NCBI GenBank assembly: GCA_000708835.1
Contig: DF237186.1
Location: forward strand, 67,656 to 131,655
Direction of reading: 5' to 3'
DNA: 64,000 bases
From: Klebsormidium nitens
Taxonomy: Eukaryota > Plantae > Klebsormidiophyceae
Shown here: in pieces, positions 1-12,000 of the stretch
Position numbering within the stretch: position 1 is the first letter of the stretch
How the letters are laid out: the number at the start of each line of letters is the position of its first letter
Program-made: the position numbers and the translations under genes
The notes under the pieces: model-generated
Databases searched by the model: none
What the model was told of the DNA's origin: nothing
What the model saw: the letters and a program-made list of their open reading frames with translations, nothing else

Positions 1-12
1 GCAGAGGCTCAC

Positions 13-1537
13 CCTATGCTTTTCAGACCAGAAATGAACTCGTCTCTGGAAAACTCGCACATCGTCGCTGCTCCCATGTGCCAGGCAATCACAAGCTGCA
101 CATCAAACAGAGCGCCTTTGAATCATTCCGACGATTCGGGGGTTCGTCATACCCCACAGTTTATCAACCCCACGCCCTAAGCGGATGCCGCAAATGAAAC
201 CGACAGTGTGTTTGGATTTTCCATTGCCAACCATGGAACCAAGAATTGCAGATGCAGGAAGGTACCAGGATGACACGGCCAACTCTATGAAGGCACTTTC
301 AAACATTTACTGTCCTCCCAAAATGCTAAGAGCACGTACTACGATCATCTCCATGTTAATTCACGGTACACCAGAACTTAGTCGTCCTTAGATTCCTTAA
401 ATCAAGCTAAGCACTTAAGCAGACCACTGAGCAGAAAGAGAAGCACCGAAGGCCCTCCTTACCATGACCACATCCCCCGGATCCACTTGCAAGTCGTCAC
501 AGAACTGCGAGACGCCCTCAACGCTGATCTGATCGGCGTGCGGGTCTTTGTACCGGCTGTAGAGCGCTTCGAGCTGCCTCTGGTCTGTTCGAACTTGAGG
601 GGAGGAGGGGTGTGGCTGGTTGTAGTAAAACTCAAATGCGGCTTCCACGTTCCAGTCAGCAGCCTTCAGAGCCGCAACGGACGCCTTCTCCCTGAAAGAT
701 CCAAGAGGTCAGGACCACTAACAAAGGATCAGAGTTGTTGAGCGACAATGAAAATGGCTCGTGATATCAGGCACAAGACACCTCTCCATCAATCATCAAC
801 GAGCAGTACACACAGTTTAAAAGAGATCAAGACCGATTGCAAGGCGTTTAGCTTCTTCCTGGCATCTCAAGTTTGCGGTTGAGCTAACTTACGTGGCATC
901 GGCGATTGCGCAGAACTGGCGCACCTTCTCTTTCTGGGCCTTGTTGAGCTTATTCTGCAATGAAAGGATAGTCACTGTGCAAAATGCATGCTCTACTGAT
1001 CCAAGTCACAAAGATACTGAAGTACAAGCTGTGCATCAGCCAATGCGTGTATGCTTCCTGATGCCAAATCCTGTACGACGCGCTTTGACCTCAATCTTTT
1101 TGCCAGGCTTCTGCACTCAGGGTGCATAAACGGTTTTCGACATTGCGAATTTTATGAGGACAGAGGAAGGTGGCGGATATTTGCATTCCTGTTCTTCAAG
1201 AAGCACATGAACCACAGCCACAGAACAAGTGCACAAGATAACGCCACTGAAACCAGATGCCCTGGAGAAGTTACTGATGGAAGTGGACAAGCAGCTGAAA
1301 TGCTAGAGATTACGCAAAACTTATGTAAGTGCCACTTGGAATCTCATCTGCCGCGATACGGCCATTAGACAAGCCCGAAGTTTGTTCAGAACCGTTCCTG
1401 AAGATATAGATACAATGAGAATGACAAGCACGGTCAATTCTTTTGACAAAGGGCAGTGTTCCCCCTTGTCTGACCTAGAGCGTTCTTTGAAAACTGTTTC
1501 GAAAACACCAATTTGCTTGGATAAACAGACTCACCAT
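13..1537 (-). CDS. DCN1: DCN1-like (defective in cullin neddylation) protein, 5' part; continues off the left edge
   Basis: Exons 1535-1537 (ATG only, tentative), 893-954, 463-691 and 13-95 splice in phase with GT-AG ends. They give M-NKLNKAQKEKVRQFCAIADATEKASVAALKAADWNVEAAFEFYY...LEALYSRYKD...ISVEGVSQFCDDLQVDPGDVVMLVIAWHMGAATMCEFSRDEFISGL, matching my recollection of the UBA-like + PONY/DCN1 pattern. Confidence 0.88.
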
Positions 1538-2451
1538 CTTCAAAACAGACTATATCCCGCCGAAGACGCAGCCCTTCCTGTAGAAATCAGACCTTGGTCT
1601 AAGAATCACCACCACCTTCAGCAATAAACTGGCGGCGATAACCCGGGTCAACCCCTCAAGCTCAGCTCACTAGCCTAAACTCTACACAGTTTGCAGGAAA
1701 CCGCCAACAGCCTTCTCACAATGTTTCATCCAATGATTCGTCTTTGCCAGGACGTGTGCATCTCTGCATTTCCGGTCTCTGGACGAAGCAGCTTGATACC
1801 AGCACAGAAGGGCACAAGTGAGGAACACAGAGGCAATGCGGTCTTGCGAACCGTGTTGCATCATTGACATATGAATTTGAAGCTCGTGAAGTTGTGAGCA
1901 GCAGCAAAACAGATCAGCTAGGCAGCGAGCTGAGATCAATGGCTTCCAAGAGGTCGGTTAATCGTAAACCGGAAACCTTTGACCACAATGTCGATGAGGC
2001 CCCGGTCGGTTTCCAAAATATCATCATATGATCCACGAGACGATGTTCATAACTTCCAAATTTGAAAAGAAGTCACGACATTCTACCTAGATTAGATGTA
2101 TTTACTCCGTCCTATCTTTTAAACCGGCATCACGCAAATCGCCATAAGCAACGCATAAATTCCGGGGAGTTCATCTTATATAGCCATGGGTAAATTCCCC
2201 CTGTAGCCGGTCAGCAGTTACACCAGGTTCACCGGTTAACCGTACCCCAGGTTCCTGCAATTGGATGAGCTGGCTTCAAGTTCAACTTCAAGTTCCTGCC
2301 AAAATTCGTGGCAGCACCTTGGCAGCGCGACAGGGGTTCGCCACCTGGGTCACAGGGTGGACCAGCTGAGCAGGATTCCGAGCTTTCTCTCTGCCACTGC
2401 TTGACATTCTTCTTCCTTGGCTTTGGACGACCCTTCCAATAATTAGCAGGC

Positions 2452-5400
2452 ATGGAGGAGGGGAACATCAACGAGGGCCTGCTAGGCCCCACGCAGCGGC
2501 TGGCCCGTGACATCGGGCTCAGGGGCGTTCTGAAACTCTGGGCGCTCGGGTCCCTGCTTGGTTTGGCAGTAACCCTCGCGTACCTAACCCAGCCCGCAGA
2601 GAGCACAGTCTATATAGCCACTGCAGAGAATGCAACTTTCTCTTTTGCTGACGCAGACGCAGCGTTTGGGGGGCTGATTCCGCCGAACGGCTTGAGGGGG
2701 GTGCTGCGCAGGAGCTCCCCCCTGGATGGGTGTGGGGCGATGGATATTTCGGCCGCTCCAGGGGAGGTGGAATTTGCACTGATTGAGAGAGGGCAGTGCA
2801 CATTTGATGAGAAGGTCAGGAATGCGCAGAATGCCGGGTTTGCGGCTGCCATCATATTCAACAACGAGCCGGGGCGGGAGCTCATAACCAGTAAGTACAC
2901 CAAGTTTGTCACAAGCTAAAGTTGTGGTTGAGTGGAATCAACAGGGAACCATGAAGGCAGAAAGTGTGTTTGTTGCGCCCTGAAAAGCACGCCTAGTTTG
3001 CAGAAAGTTGTGCTTCACCAACTGCATAAGAAAGTCTGGGGTTCGAGAAGGGCTGCAGTATGTCCGATTTCACGTTGTGCAGGCCGGTTCAAAATCTGAA
3101 GTGTCGTTCGGAGCTCATGAAGGAATGCTTTGAAACCATTTTTCATGACAGGTCTCCGGGAGCCTTTATACGTTGCTACCTATATGGTTAGTTGGCTGTG
3201 GAACTTTCCCCAATGGCTCCCTAGTTGCATGAGTAGGGTTTGCATCCGTTCATCCCTAAATTGTAGCGGCATTCTCCAGCCTAAGGGGAAAACCTCTGAA
3301 TCAGGAAGTTTTTGGCCGGCAAAGTAACGTTGAAAATGGGAGGCTCAAGGTTGCAAAGGGATGGGCTTGCAATGCCGCCTGGGTCCAAGCTACATGTGTC
3401 CGGATTCTTTGGTTTCCCAAGACGATTTGTGTGTTGCTAGCAAGTTCCTACTTTTATTTCTACCTCTTTCTCTTCTATTTCTACTTCTTCTTCCATTTAC
3501 TTCCATAGTATTATCTTGCGTGTGGGGCATATGGGGGGCTGCTGGCAATGTTGTTGGCCAACTTTCGATGCCCTGTTGAGTTGACCAAAGGAGTGCCGAC
3601 ATTCCAAAGAAGGAATGGATTGAGGGTGAGGATAGGCCCCATATGGTCTTGAATACTTCTGCCTACCCTAACTCCTGTTTGCCTTGCGGAAGGTGGTCTG
3701 CATGCACAGGCTTCGACACTCTTCTCCATGCTATCCCGTGTCATTCACCAATTCTGAGTCTGCAGATAGCGGGGTTGGGCTGGACTCCAGCACCCTGAGG
3801 AAATGAGGAACTTACTGCAGACCTTGGAAGCAACTCACTGCAGGCTGTTTCCAGCATTCAATGCCCCTTTGTTGTCATTATGTCGTAAAGAGACTGCAAA
3901 GCACATGGATCAGTCTGGGACAAGCTTCTTGTTGAGGAAGAAAACATTTAGTACTTGGAATGATGAGTGGTGACGTTGTTTTGAAGTATCAGGGACGGGT
4001 TGAGGACTTTTCCCTCAGTAGAAGAGCTGCTTGCATCCCGTTGGTCTTGATGATCCTGCCGCGGGGTTTTTCTGGGCCACTTTTGAACCAATTCGTTCTG
4101 CAGATTGGGCTTTGCGGTCCCCTGCTGTAACCTTCTCTGTCCATCATTTCTGCTTGATGAAAAGACAGGGACTCCTGCAATCCATATAGAGCCGGCCAGC
4201 GTGCAATCCTGGAGCGCTGTTTTGGGAAAACTCTGGACTCCGCTCAGTCTCAGCCTTTCTTGCCTACCCCAAGCTCGAATCTCATGCGATATGACAGCGT
4301 TCATATATGCTGCTGGAAAGCCATTTTTTTCACGCTTCTCCAGTGTCAGGCCGGCGCACTAGAGAGATGTATATCCCTGCCGTCTTTATTACAGACAACA
4401 GAGGTCAGCATTATTCTTACAGGACAACAAATTTCCGCGTTAAGTCTTACAGGACAACAATCTCACTGTCCGCTCAAGAGCAACTTTCTTTCTCCTCACC
4501 AGTGTCGGGCCGGCGCACTGGAGAGATCTACATTCCCGCCGTCTTTGTAACCTACAATTCGGGGCGGCAGCTACTCTCGGTGATCGAGCAGCCCGACACG
4601 ATTTGCTACATCTCGTCCACGTTTGAGAACACCGCGTGGTCCGTCATGGCCGTGTCCTTCATCTCGCTGCTCGCCGTTTCCGCTGTGCTGGCCACCTTCT
4701 TCTTTGTGCGCCGCCACCGCCTCCGCAGGTGAGAGTTTGAGTTTTTGGGTTTGAATCTTGATTTTCATAAAATCCGGTTTTCTGGATCTTGAATTCTGCA
4801 TGAGTCCGGGCTACGCTGCATTTAACAGGGAGAATGTTGTGCTTGCAACCATTTTCTTTTGTCTGCCGCCAAGACGAATGTTCACCCACGGAGCTATTGT
4901 CCTTGTTGGAAGCTCCAGACTCCGCAAGTAAGTCTAGCCCGAAGGTTGACCATATTTCGAGAGACGTCAAATCACAGGATTTTGAAGAATTCAGCTAGTT
5001 GTCGACAAGTAGTAACGCCTGTCAGATATCCCCTTTCTCAAAGAACCTTAGCGCGTAGTAAGCAGCCCTTAAAACTTGTGCTTTTGCCGTACAGGATTGG
5101 CTCGCGCCTGGTTTTGGTGCGGACGGAGGACGCGGGTATGACAGCGCGCGAGGTGAAGGCGCTGCCGAGCTTCACATTCAGCACAGCGACACCTGGCAGC
5201 GGGACGAGCGAGACGTGTGCCATCTGCCTGGAGGACTATGAGGCGGGGGAGAAGCTGCGGGTGTTGCCGTGCCGGCATGGTGAGTTCCATCGATCTCATG
5301 TTGCGTATTTTGGGTTTTGAGTTTTCGGGTTTGATTACTTAGGACTATGTTCGAGACAGTATACCTGTGATGGACTTGATGCTGAGGGGAATTTCTGCTG

Positions 5401-6835
5401 AAACGGTGAGGCCAGTTTCTGGTTTCAGCGGGTTTAACTCTGGGTCTCCAGTATGTTTGTTCGAGACAGTAGGCCTAGTGACATTCTTAGGTGAAAAGAA
5501 GAAGCTGCCGGTGCTGCCCTGCTGGCATGGTGAGTCGGAGTTTTGTGTCGCGCGTTTTGAAGTTTTGCGTTTTCTTCCTTTTTGGTGTTCTAGAAGACTA
5601 TGGGGTTGATGCTTCGCTTGATGTCGAGGGAGGAAAAGGCTACGAGTGCTACTTGGCCGTTACTCTCACGCAGGTCTCTGTGCTTAGCGGCTTAGAAGTG
5701 TGCTTTCTGGAATCAGGGTTCAGAAACTTTTTCATGGGCTCTAGGGAGGGGAGAAGCTCTCGGTAGTGCCCTGTCGGTAATGCGCTTCCAAGTGCGCATA
5801 CCGGATTCTTAGGATTGTGGCTCAAAGCCATTATGAAGCTGTACCGTTGCGTGGTTTCAGAAGTTTGTACTTCATGTGAAATTGCTAACGTCAAGGCAAG
5901 GAGACGCTGCAGGCGCTGCCCTGCAGTAGGTCGATTTGCAAGTCCAAAACTTCCTAGTTCGGTATCTCATGTCGCTTCCGTCGTACTGGTCGTGAAGTTG
6001 CAAAGAGTGTACCAAACGTGAATGAGCCTACGCTCTCTGGATTCGTCCTTAGTTCCCTAGGTTCGCCTGTTCTGTGCCTGGTATCATCGAGGAAGGGAGA
6101 CGAACGTCCTCTTTCTGGAACTCCAACTGTTCTGATGCGGTGACTGCGAGTACGGCAGGGTGCAGCCGAGGTATTGTTCTGGCAGTATGCAAGCTCACTC
6201 CTTTGGTCTTCCTTTCTTTCCTCCGAATTTGTTCTTTTCTGTCCTTATCTTCACCTTTATCGTTCCGCCTTCCTAAACTCTGCCTGCAACTCGGCCTGCA
6301 ATCCAGCCCATCTGCCACAGCATCGTTTCCATGGTGCTCCATTCCCAGCTATCTGTAAACGTACGCTTATGGTCTTCTGTCCTTTGATTGTCGGCTTATG
6401 CCCGGCTTTCCCGCCCCTGCAGAGTTTCACCTGGCGTGCGTCGACCAATGGCTCACGACGCGCCGCCCCTTCTGCCCCGTCTGCAAACGGGACGCCCACA
6501 GCACCAACCCGGTGCCCCCCCCCTCCGAGAGGACCCCCCTGCTCGGACCTCTTTTGCGGCAGAGCCCCCGATCCGCTCCAGGCGGCACGTCGACTCCCGT
6601 CCAGACCCCCCCTCACTCGACGGTACAGATTGAGGGTCTGGAGGAAACTGCTAGTCGAAATAGCCCGGGGCAAGGGGCCCAGTCCGTTGGCAGGGGAGAA
6701 GCTGAGACTGGGGGGGAGATTGAGGGGGATCTATCAACAGGAGGTGGGGGAGACGCGTCGGGAATTGCGATCGGAGGGGCAGAAAGGCCGGCGTTGGTTG
6801 CAGCGGCGACACAAACGACGTCCGGTTCTCCATAA
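2452..6835 (+). CDS. RMR: RMR-type receptor homology (PA) / transmembrane / RING-H2 protein
   Basis: Exons 2452-2890, 4503-4728, 5095-5279 and 6423-6835 total 1263 nt, in frame. They encode a PA domain (FALIERGQCTFDEKVRNAQNAGFAAAIIFNN), a TM helix (WSVMAVSFISLLAVSAVLATFFFV) and a RING-H2 ([43 protein letters not shown]). Confidence 0.92.
4325..4400 (+). repeat. Diverged intronic copy of the RMR exon-2 acceptor and exon start
   Basis: ctccag|tgtcaggccggcgcactagagagatgtatatccctgccgtcttt (acceptor 4341-4343) versus the functional caccag|tgtcgggccggcgcactggagagatctacattcccgccgtcttt (exon start 4503). Confidence 0.9.
5490..5935 (+). repeat. Three degenerate copies of the RMR exon-3 end/donor
   Basis: Functional gaagctgcgggtgttgccgtgccggcatg|gtgag (5251-5284) recurs as gaagctgccggtgctgccctgctggcatggtgag (~5501-5533), gaagctctcggtagtgccctgtcggtaatg (~5753) and gacgctgcaggcgctgccctgcagtagg (~5902). 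Confidence 0.75.
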
Positions 6836-9074
6836 GGAGGCTGTGGTGGGGCTGCGGAAGGTTGCTATCCAGAGGGAACATGCAGTAGCCTGGATAGGTG
6901 AACTGTGAGGCAACGAGGTGCGTATACGAGGTGGTTGGAGAAGGTCGCGACGGGTGCCCCAAAAAGTGGGCACGTTGTGAGAGAGGTGGTGAAATGGGCA
7001 CTATCATGTATGCCAATCTCAAGTTACGGTACATAAAGGTAGGATGCGGGTGCGCATGCGGGTGTCGGAATTGTAGCCTGTCCACTGGCTCCTTAGATTC
7101 TCACATTTGTCCTCATGTAAAGGAAGGTAGGAAAACGAGCCTTGTAGATGTTGTCTTGCTACCTTCAGGTTATCGTCATAAGCATAGGTGTAGAGTATCC
7201 GGTTCTACCTAGCTAAACCCTTTTGCGTTGCGTAATAGGCCTTCCATTAAGAAGACCTGCTTGTAATGATGTAAGAGTTCACCTTAAGATGTTTGTCCCC
7301 GTCGTGAGCATCATTTTGTTATGTAATTTAGCCTCTTGTGACAGGTCTTTGATGCTGCCACTTACTTTAGATTGGCATTACGCGTTCGCCGAAGTTGTTC
7401 GTGCACGCTTTGGCACATCATGAAGAAGGCGGTGGCTTAGTAGGACCCCATTTGGGATGGGAGATCCTCACCTTTGTGCAGTGATCACAATCGCACATAA
7501 CTTAGCTAGGTTTGTAAGCAAGACATTGTCTCATCGGGGTTGCTGCAATTGGTCAGATTAGAGAGCATCTCCTTGACGTTGCAAACCCGGATCATAAAAT
7601 CGGGGCCAAGTCAGGGGGACCAAACGCCCCAGGTAAATAGGTTAGCAACATGAACAGTGTTCCAGCAGCCAAACGGCTTATTGCCCGGAGCCGAAAACTG
7701 GTGGGATTGAACCTCCACAGGGTCACCTTCGAAACCCCATGGTTTCGTGTCCGGGCAAAACGCCGTTTAGGAGATGTAGAGGGCTGGTTTAGGTGGGTTT
7801 TACAGCCAAAAACACAGTAACCTTATTCTAACAGTCTTCTTAACCCTCCCCTCAGACCAACCGAGGACCGCATCGGCCTCGGGACATCAGAAATAAGCAA
7901 TCTTGACCGTCAAAGTCAGGAAAATTTCTCATCTGACGGTGCGGAACATGGTTCGCGGACTTTGCGTGGTGTTTGGTCCCCCTGGGCCAAGTCTACTAAT
8001 ACGATGTTGAATATCCGGGCAACTAATTGGCGATACGTGCTGTGGTTCTTTGACATTGCATTGTAATTGTAACTTGTAAGTTTAATGTTGAGGCCTATCA
8101 TCATTGACTCCATTGAACGGCCTAATGTTGCATGGTGCGCAAACTTTTCACGACGCCATACAAATAATGGCATCGATCAATAATTGCTTCGAATTCTGCA
8201 TTAATGCATGGCGCGCGGCCAGAGCTAATTCAAAATTTAAATGAAGAATTATGTTTACGTTGTCGAAGGTTGAATACATTTGCTCCAATCTGTGGCGCTT
8301 CGACGAAAGAGGAGAGGCCTTTAATATGAATTATTACAACCATGAGCCTGAGGCCGGGCACTTTTCGCCGCGTCTGCTCTACCTGGATGGTGCCGGTACG
8401 TACCCGTGTCACAGGGCCCAAACATGGGACAGTGGACACGTACCAGCGGGACTTGGTTGTGTACACTGTACAGACCTAGCAGGGCGCCCGCCCGTCAGCA
8501 GTGTGAATCAAAGACGATTCACAGCAGGTCACTCATTTTTGACACTCTCTCGGAAGCCCCCCGCCTCAATGGTGTCGCTGTTACATTTTCAAACTCGACC
8601 GGTATCGTACCGAGGAAGAGTTCACCCGGAGCACCGTACAGTACAGCTCAAACCAGTACCCCTCCGGTACCGTACCTAACGGTCGGAGACTTGAAGTTTC
8701 GTTTTGACCCGCGCGCGCTTGACTGGAACTTGATCGAGTTGTGTTCAGGTCAGCTGACCAGTCTCCGCCTTGAACTTGAAGTTGAAGTTGCATGAACATT
8801 ATGATTCAGGTTCTCTGCATTGGTCTCATTTTGGAGTGCCCAGCTTTCTTGGAAGGAGGCGGCCATGCGGATCAGTCCACAATTCATATGCAGCAAGGGA
8901 CACGGATCAAGCGTCTTCATTTGCCTCTTGCAAGAGTTGGAGGCCACATCGAAAAATATCTGATCGGAGAGGATCAACAGGGTTTCCATCAGTCGCAACA
9001 GGCAAAGGTGTCGGATCATGCTTCACCGCATTTGGTCCCGGTGACGAAGTCTTCTCCCTAAAAGGGTCCTGGCG

Positions 9075-12000
9075 ATGGGGTCCGCTTCGTTGGCGGCAGG
9101 CGCTTGGGCGAAACCCTTGTCGCCAGAGAAGGCCATGCGCGCCGACCGCTGCGACTCCTCACCCTCCTGCAGTTACTCCGCACTTCCCTTCCCCCAAGGA
9201 CAACGGAACCTCAAACCCTTAAAGCTTCCGCAGCGGAAATTGTTCTCTCCCCCCCCCCTGGACAGGGCCCCCAGAGTTCCCCCCACAAAGGTCCATCTCT
9301 CGGACCCCCTCTGGTCGCAGCCGGGGGGCGGGCACGACTCAGATGACGAGTCGGAGCCCTCCCCCCGGGGGTGGAGGTCGATCGATGATGGGATGGGGCT
9401 TAACCCCCTGGCGGCGCAGCAAGTGCAGTGGTTCCGTTCGACGTGGCCGTACATTCAGGGGCATCGGGGGAGCACGTTCGTGATTGTCTTGCCGGGGGAG
9501 GTGTCGCGCGACAAGCAGGTGTTGGATGGATTTCTGCAGGACGTTGCGCTGTTGCACGGATTGGGGGTCAAGATCCTGCTCGTGTGTGGGTCGCAGTCGC
9601 AGATCGACGATCTGCTGCACCAGAAAGGTGGGCTCGCATGCGCCGTTTGGGTTTTTGATGCAATGATTTAGTAACCTTGGGACCGGTTGCGATTCTGAGA
9701 AGAATGGTGCGTCCTGTTTAATAGGTGGGATGCTCATCATGTAGTTACTGCATGTGCTTTGAAATGCTGGGGCTTGAAGTGAGCACATTGTACCTGGAAC
9801 TCGGGCTGCTGCCTTGAAATGTATTGTCCTTCTCGCATGCGCCTTGCCCATCACGCATCTTGGAGTTGAGTATCTTGCAACAGAAAGCTTGTTGTTATGT
9901 AATTGCTTTCACCGGCACCTCGTTGAGGTTGCTGTTTCTGGCATAGGAACCAGAATTGTGCTTTGATTGGCCACAATGTTGTGCAGTTTGGCATGACTAT
10001 GCTCCGACTCTTTTCATTGTGAACCTGATTGCTTGATGCCAGATTTTGACCATGATCCGGCCGAGCTTTGACTTTCTGCTCTTGGCCCACGCTTTCCTTA
10101 TGCTGAGCACTATTCCCCCTGTACTAGCCACACAACAGCTAGGATTAACCCCTTTCATTGGCCCCCGTTCTTCCTGTAAACCCCATGATCTTACATCACC
10201 GTAAAATGTAGGATCACATTTTAGGGTATAAGCGTCGCTTCTTTGGAAGCAACGCACTTTTCTGCCTTTAAGCTTCGCTGAGCTACCATGCATTCTCTGG
10301 GTGTGCCTTCACGATTTCAAGGTGCCAACTTGTTGGAAATCCAAAAGGAAGATTGTATGGACTCTCCGCTGCATGCTTGTGTGGGCAAGGTCGTTATGAC
10401 CTCCAAAAGAGGTCTGTGAAAAGATGGGAGGAATTGGTCTCAGTTCGGTTTCTTTTTGCAGCCATCAACTGTGATCTGGGTTTTCTACAAGCATTTTGAA
10501 ACAGCTGCAAGCAGGACGCGGCGCTTCTTTCAGTGTCCCAGAAACTTGGGAGGACTGCGGCCAGGGTCTTGTTCAGATAGTTCTGGCTTGCTTGCTTTGA
10601 TATGGATCCGGGGAGTGGACCTGACTTTCTTGAACAGACTCACATTGGAGCACTTAACTGCTCTTACAAAGAGAGTCGCACCGGTCTTAGAAAGCCAGCT
10701 GTGGAGCCTGGAGCCTGGAGCCTGGTTCATCCGATTGCAAAAGTGTGGATCCAGACAGAGGGAAACATGAGAAGGAAAGAAGCAAGCCCGGGCTAGTCTT
10801 TGGGAAGCACTTTTTATCTCCTAGCTTCCAAGCCTGGCAGAACTCTCGTTGAATGATGTCTACGGCCCTTTCTGCCTCCAAAGCTGTGCTACCACACAGA
10901 TATGTGCATCTAGCAACACCCAAGCGCTCTGACCAAAATCGTTTCCCGCCACAGGCCTCCAGCCGCGCTTTGTGGGCGCATACCGTGTGACCGACACCGA
11001 GGCGCTCGAGGCGGCCATGGAAGCATCGGGCCGCATCCGGCTTAAGATCGAGGCCAAGCTCTCGCGTGGGCCGTCGATCCCGTCCATCCGACGGCACGGA
11101 GAGAACGAGCGGTGGCACGAGATGGGCGTCTCGGTCGCGAGCGGAAACTTTGTCGCGGCAAAACGGCGGGGGATCATTGGCGGCGTTGATTACGGCAACA
11201 CGGGGGAGGTGAAACGGGTGGATGTCGCGAGGATCAAGGAGCGACTGAACTCGGGGTGCGTCGTGGTTTTGAGCAACCTGGGGTATACGGCGGCGGGCGA
11301 GGTGCTCAATTGCAAGTGAGTGGACCGTTTGGTGAATCGGTACTCCCCGAAAGTTAATGTTTTGATGTTTTATTGGGGTGTCAAACAGCCTGAAGTCTTA
11401 CCTAGGAGGAGGTGCTTGATTGCAAGTTCGTGGGCAGACCGGTTCACTGACACTGGTTGCGACCAGTGATCTTCCTGAGTTAGTCGTTGTGACGTTTTAT
11501 TTGCGGTGTCAAACGGACTCGGGTGTATCCTGGGATGACCGAAAGCATGACAGGACCAAAGGTCCCGAATCTCTGAAAAAAGTTCCGAGTCTTTCCCTCG
11601 GACTGGTGTCAATCCTCCAGTCTTCACACTGCCTGCGAGATAAGGATAGCGTTTGCACTGTCAAAAGCGTCATCAAAGTCGTTTTCGACATCCCTCACTC
11701 AATTGCAGGTTCTTGATCATCCTCGAGGTATCAATCCAGCTCTTTGTTCGTTTTTGCAACGCATATGAGGTGGCGACCGTTTTGCTGGGACCTTCGTGGG
11801 GGCTGATAGATTGCCGTGCATATATTGCTGAGCCCCTTGAGTTGACTGTAAATTCAAGTATTTCCCATACTTTGCCTCACTTGTATATCAACCCGCCTTT
11901 CGACCCCCATCTTTCGCAGCGCGTACGAGGTAGCGACTGCTGCGGCAAATGCTTTGGGGGCCAACAAAATGCTGTACGTGTTGCTTAATTCCTCAGTCAA

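Noticed and set aside
8251-8795. ORFs of 129-142 aa upstream of NAGS (YYNHEPEAGHFSPRLLYLD vaguely tubulin/misato-like)
   Set aside because: No further family motifs and no convincing splice partners. The region is a GTAC-rich intergenic island.
8953-8961. Evening element AAAATATCT ~115 bp upstream of the NAGS ATG
   Set aside because: A single 9-mer is expected by chance at roughly this frequency in 64 kb on two strands, and there is no supporting cluster.
10691-10724. (ggagcct)x3 and similar micro-repeats (27385-27410 coding EPEPEP)
   Set aside because: Ordinary short slippage repeats.
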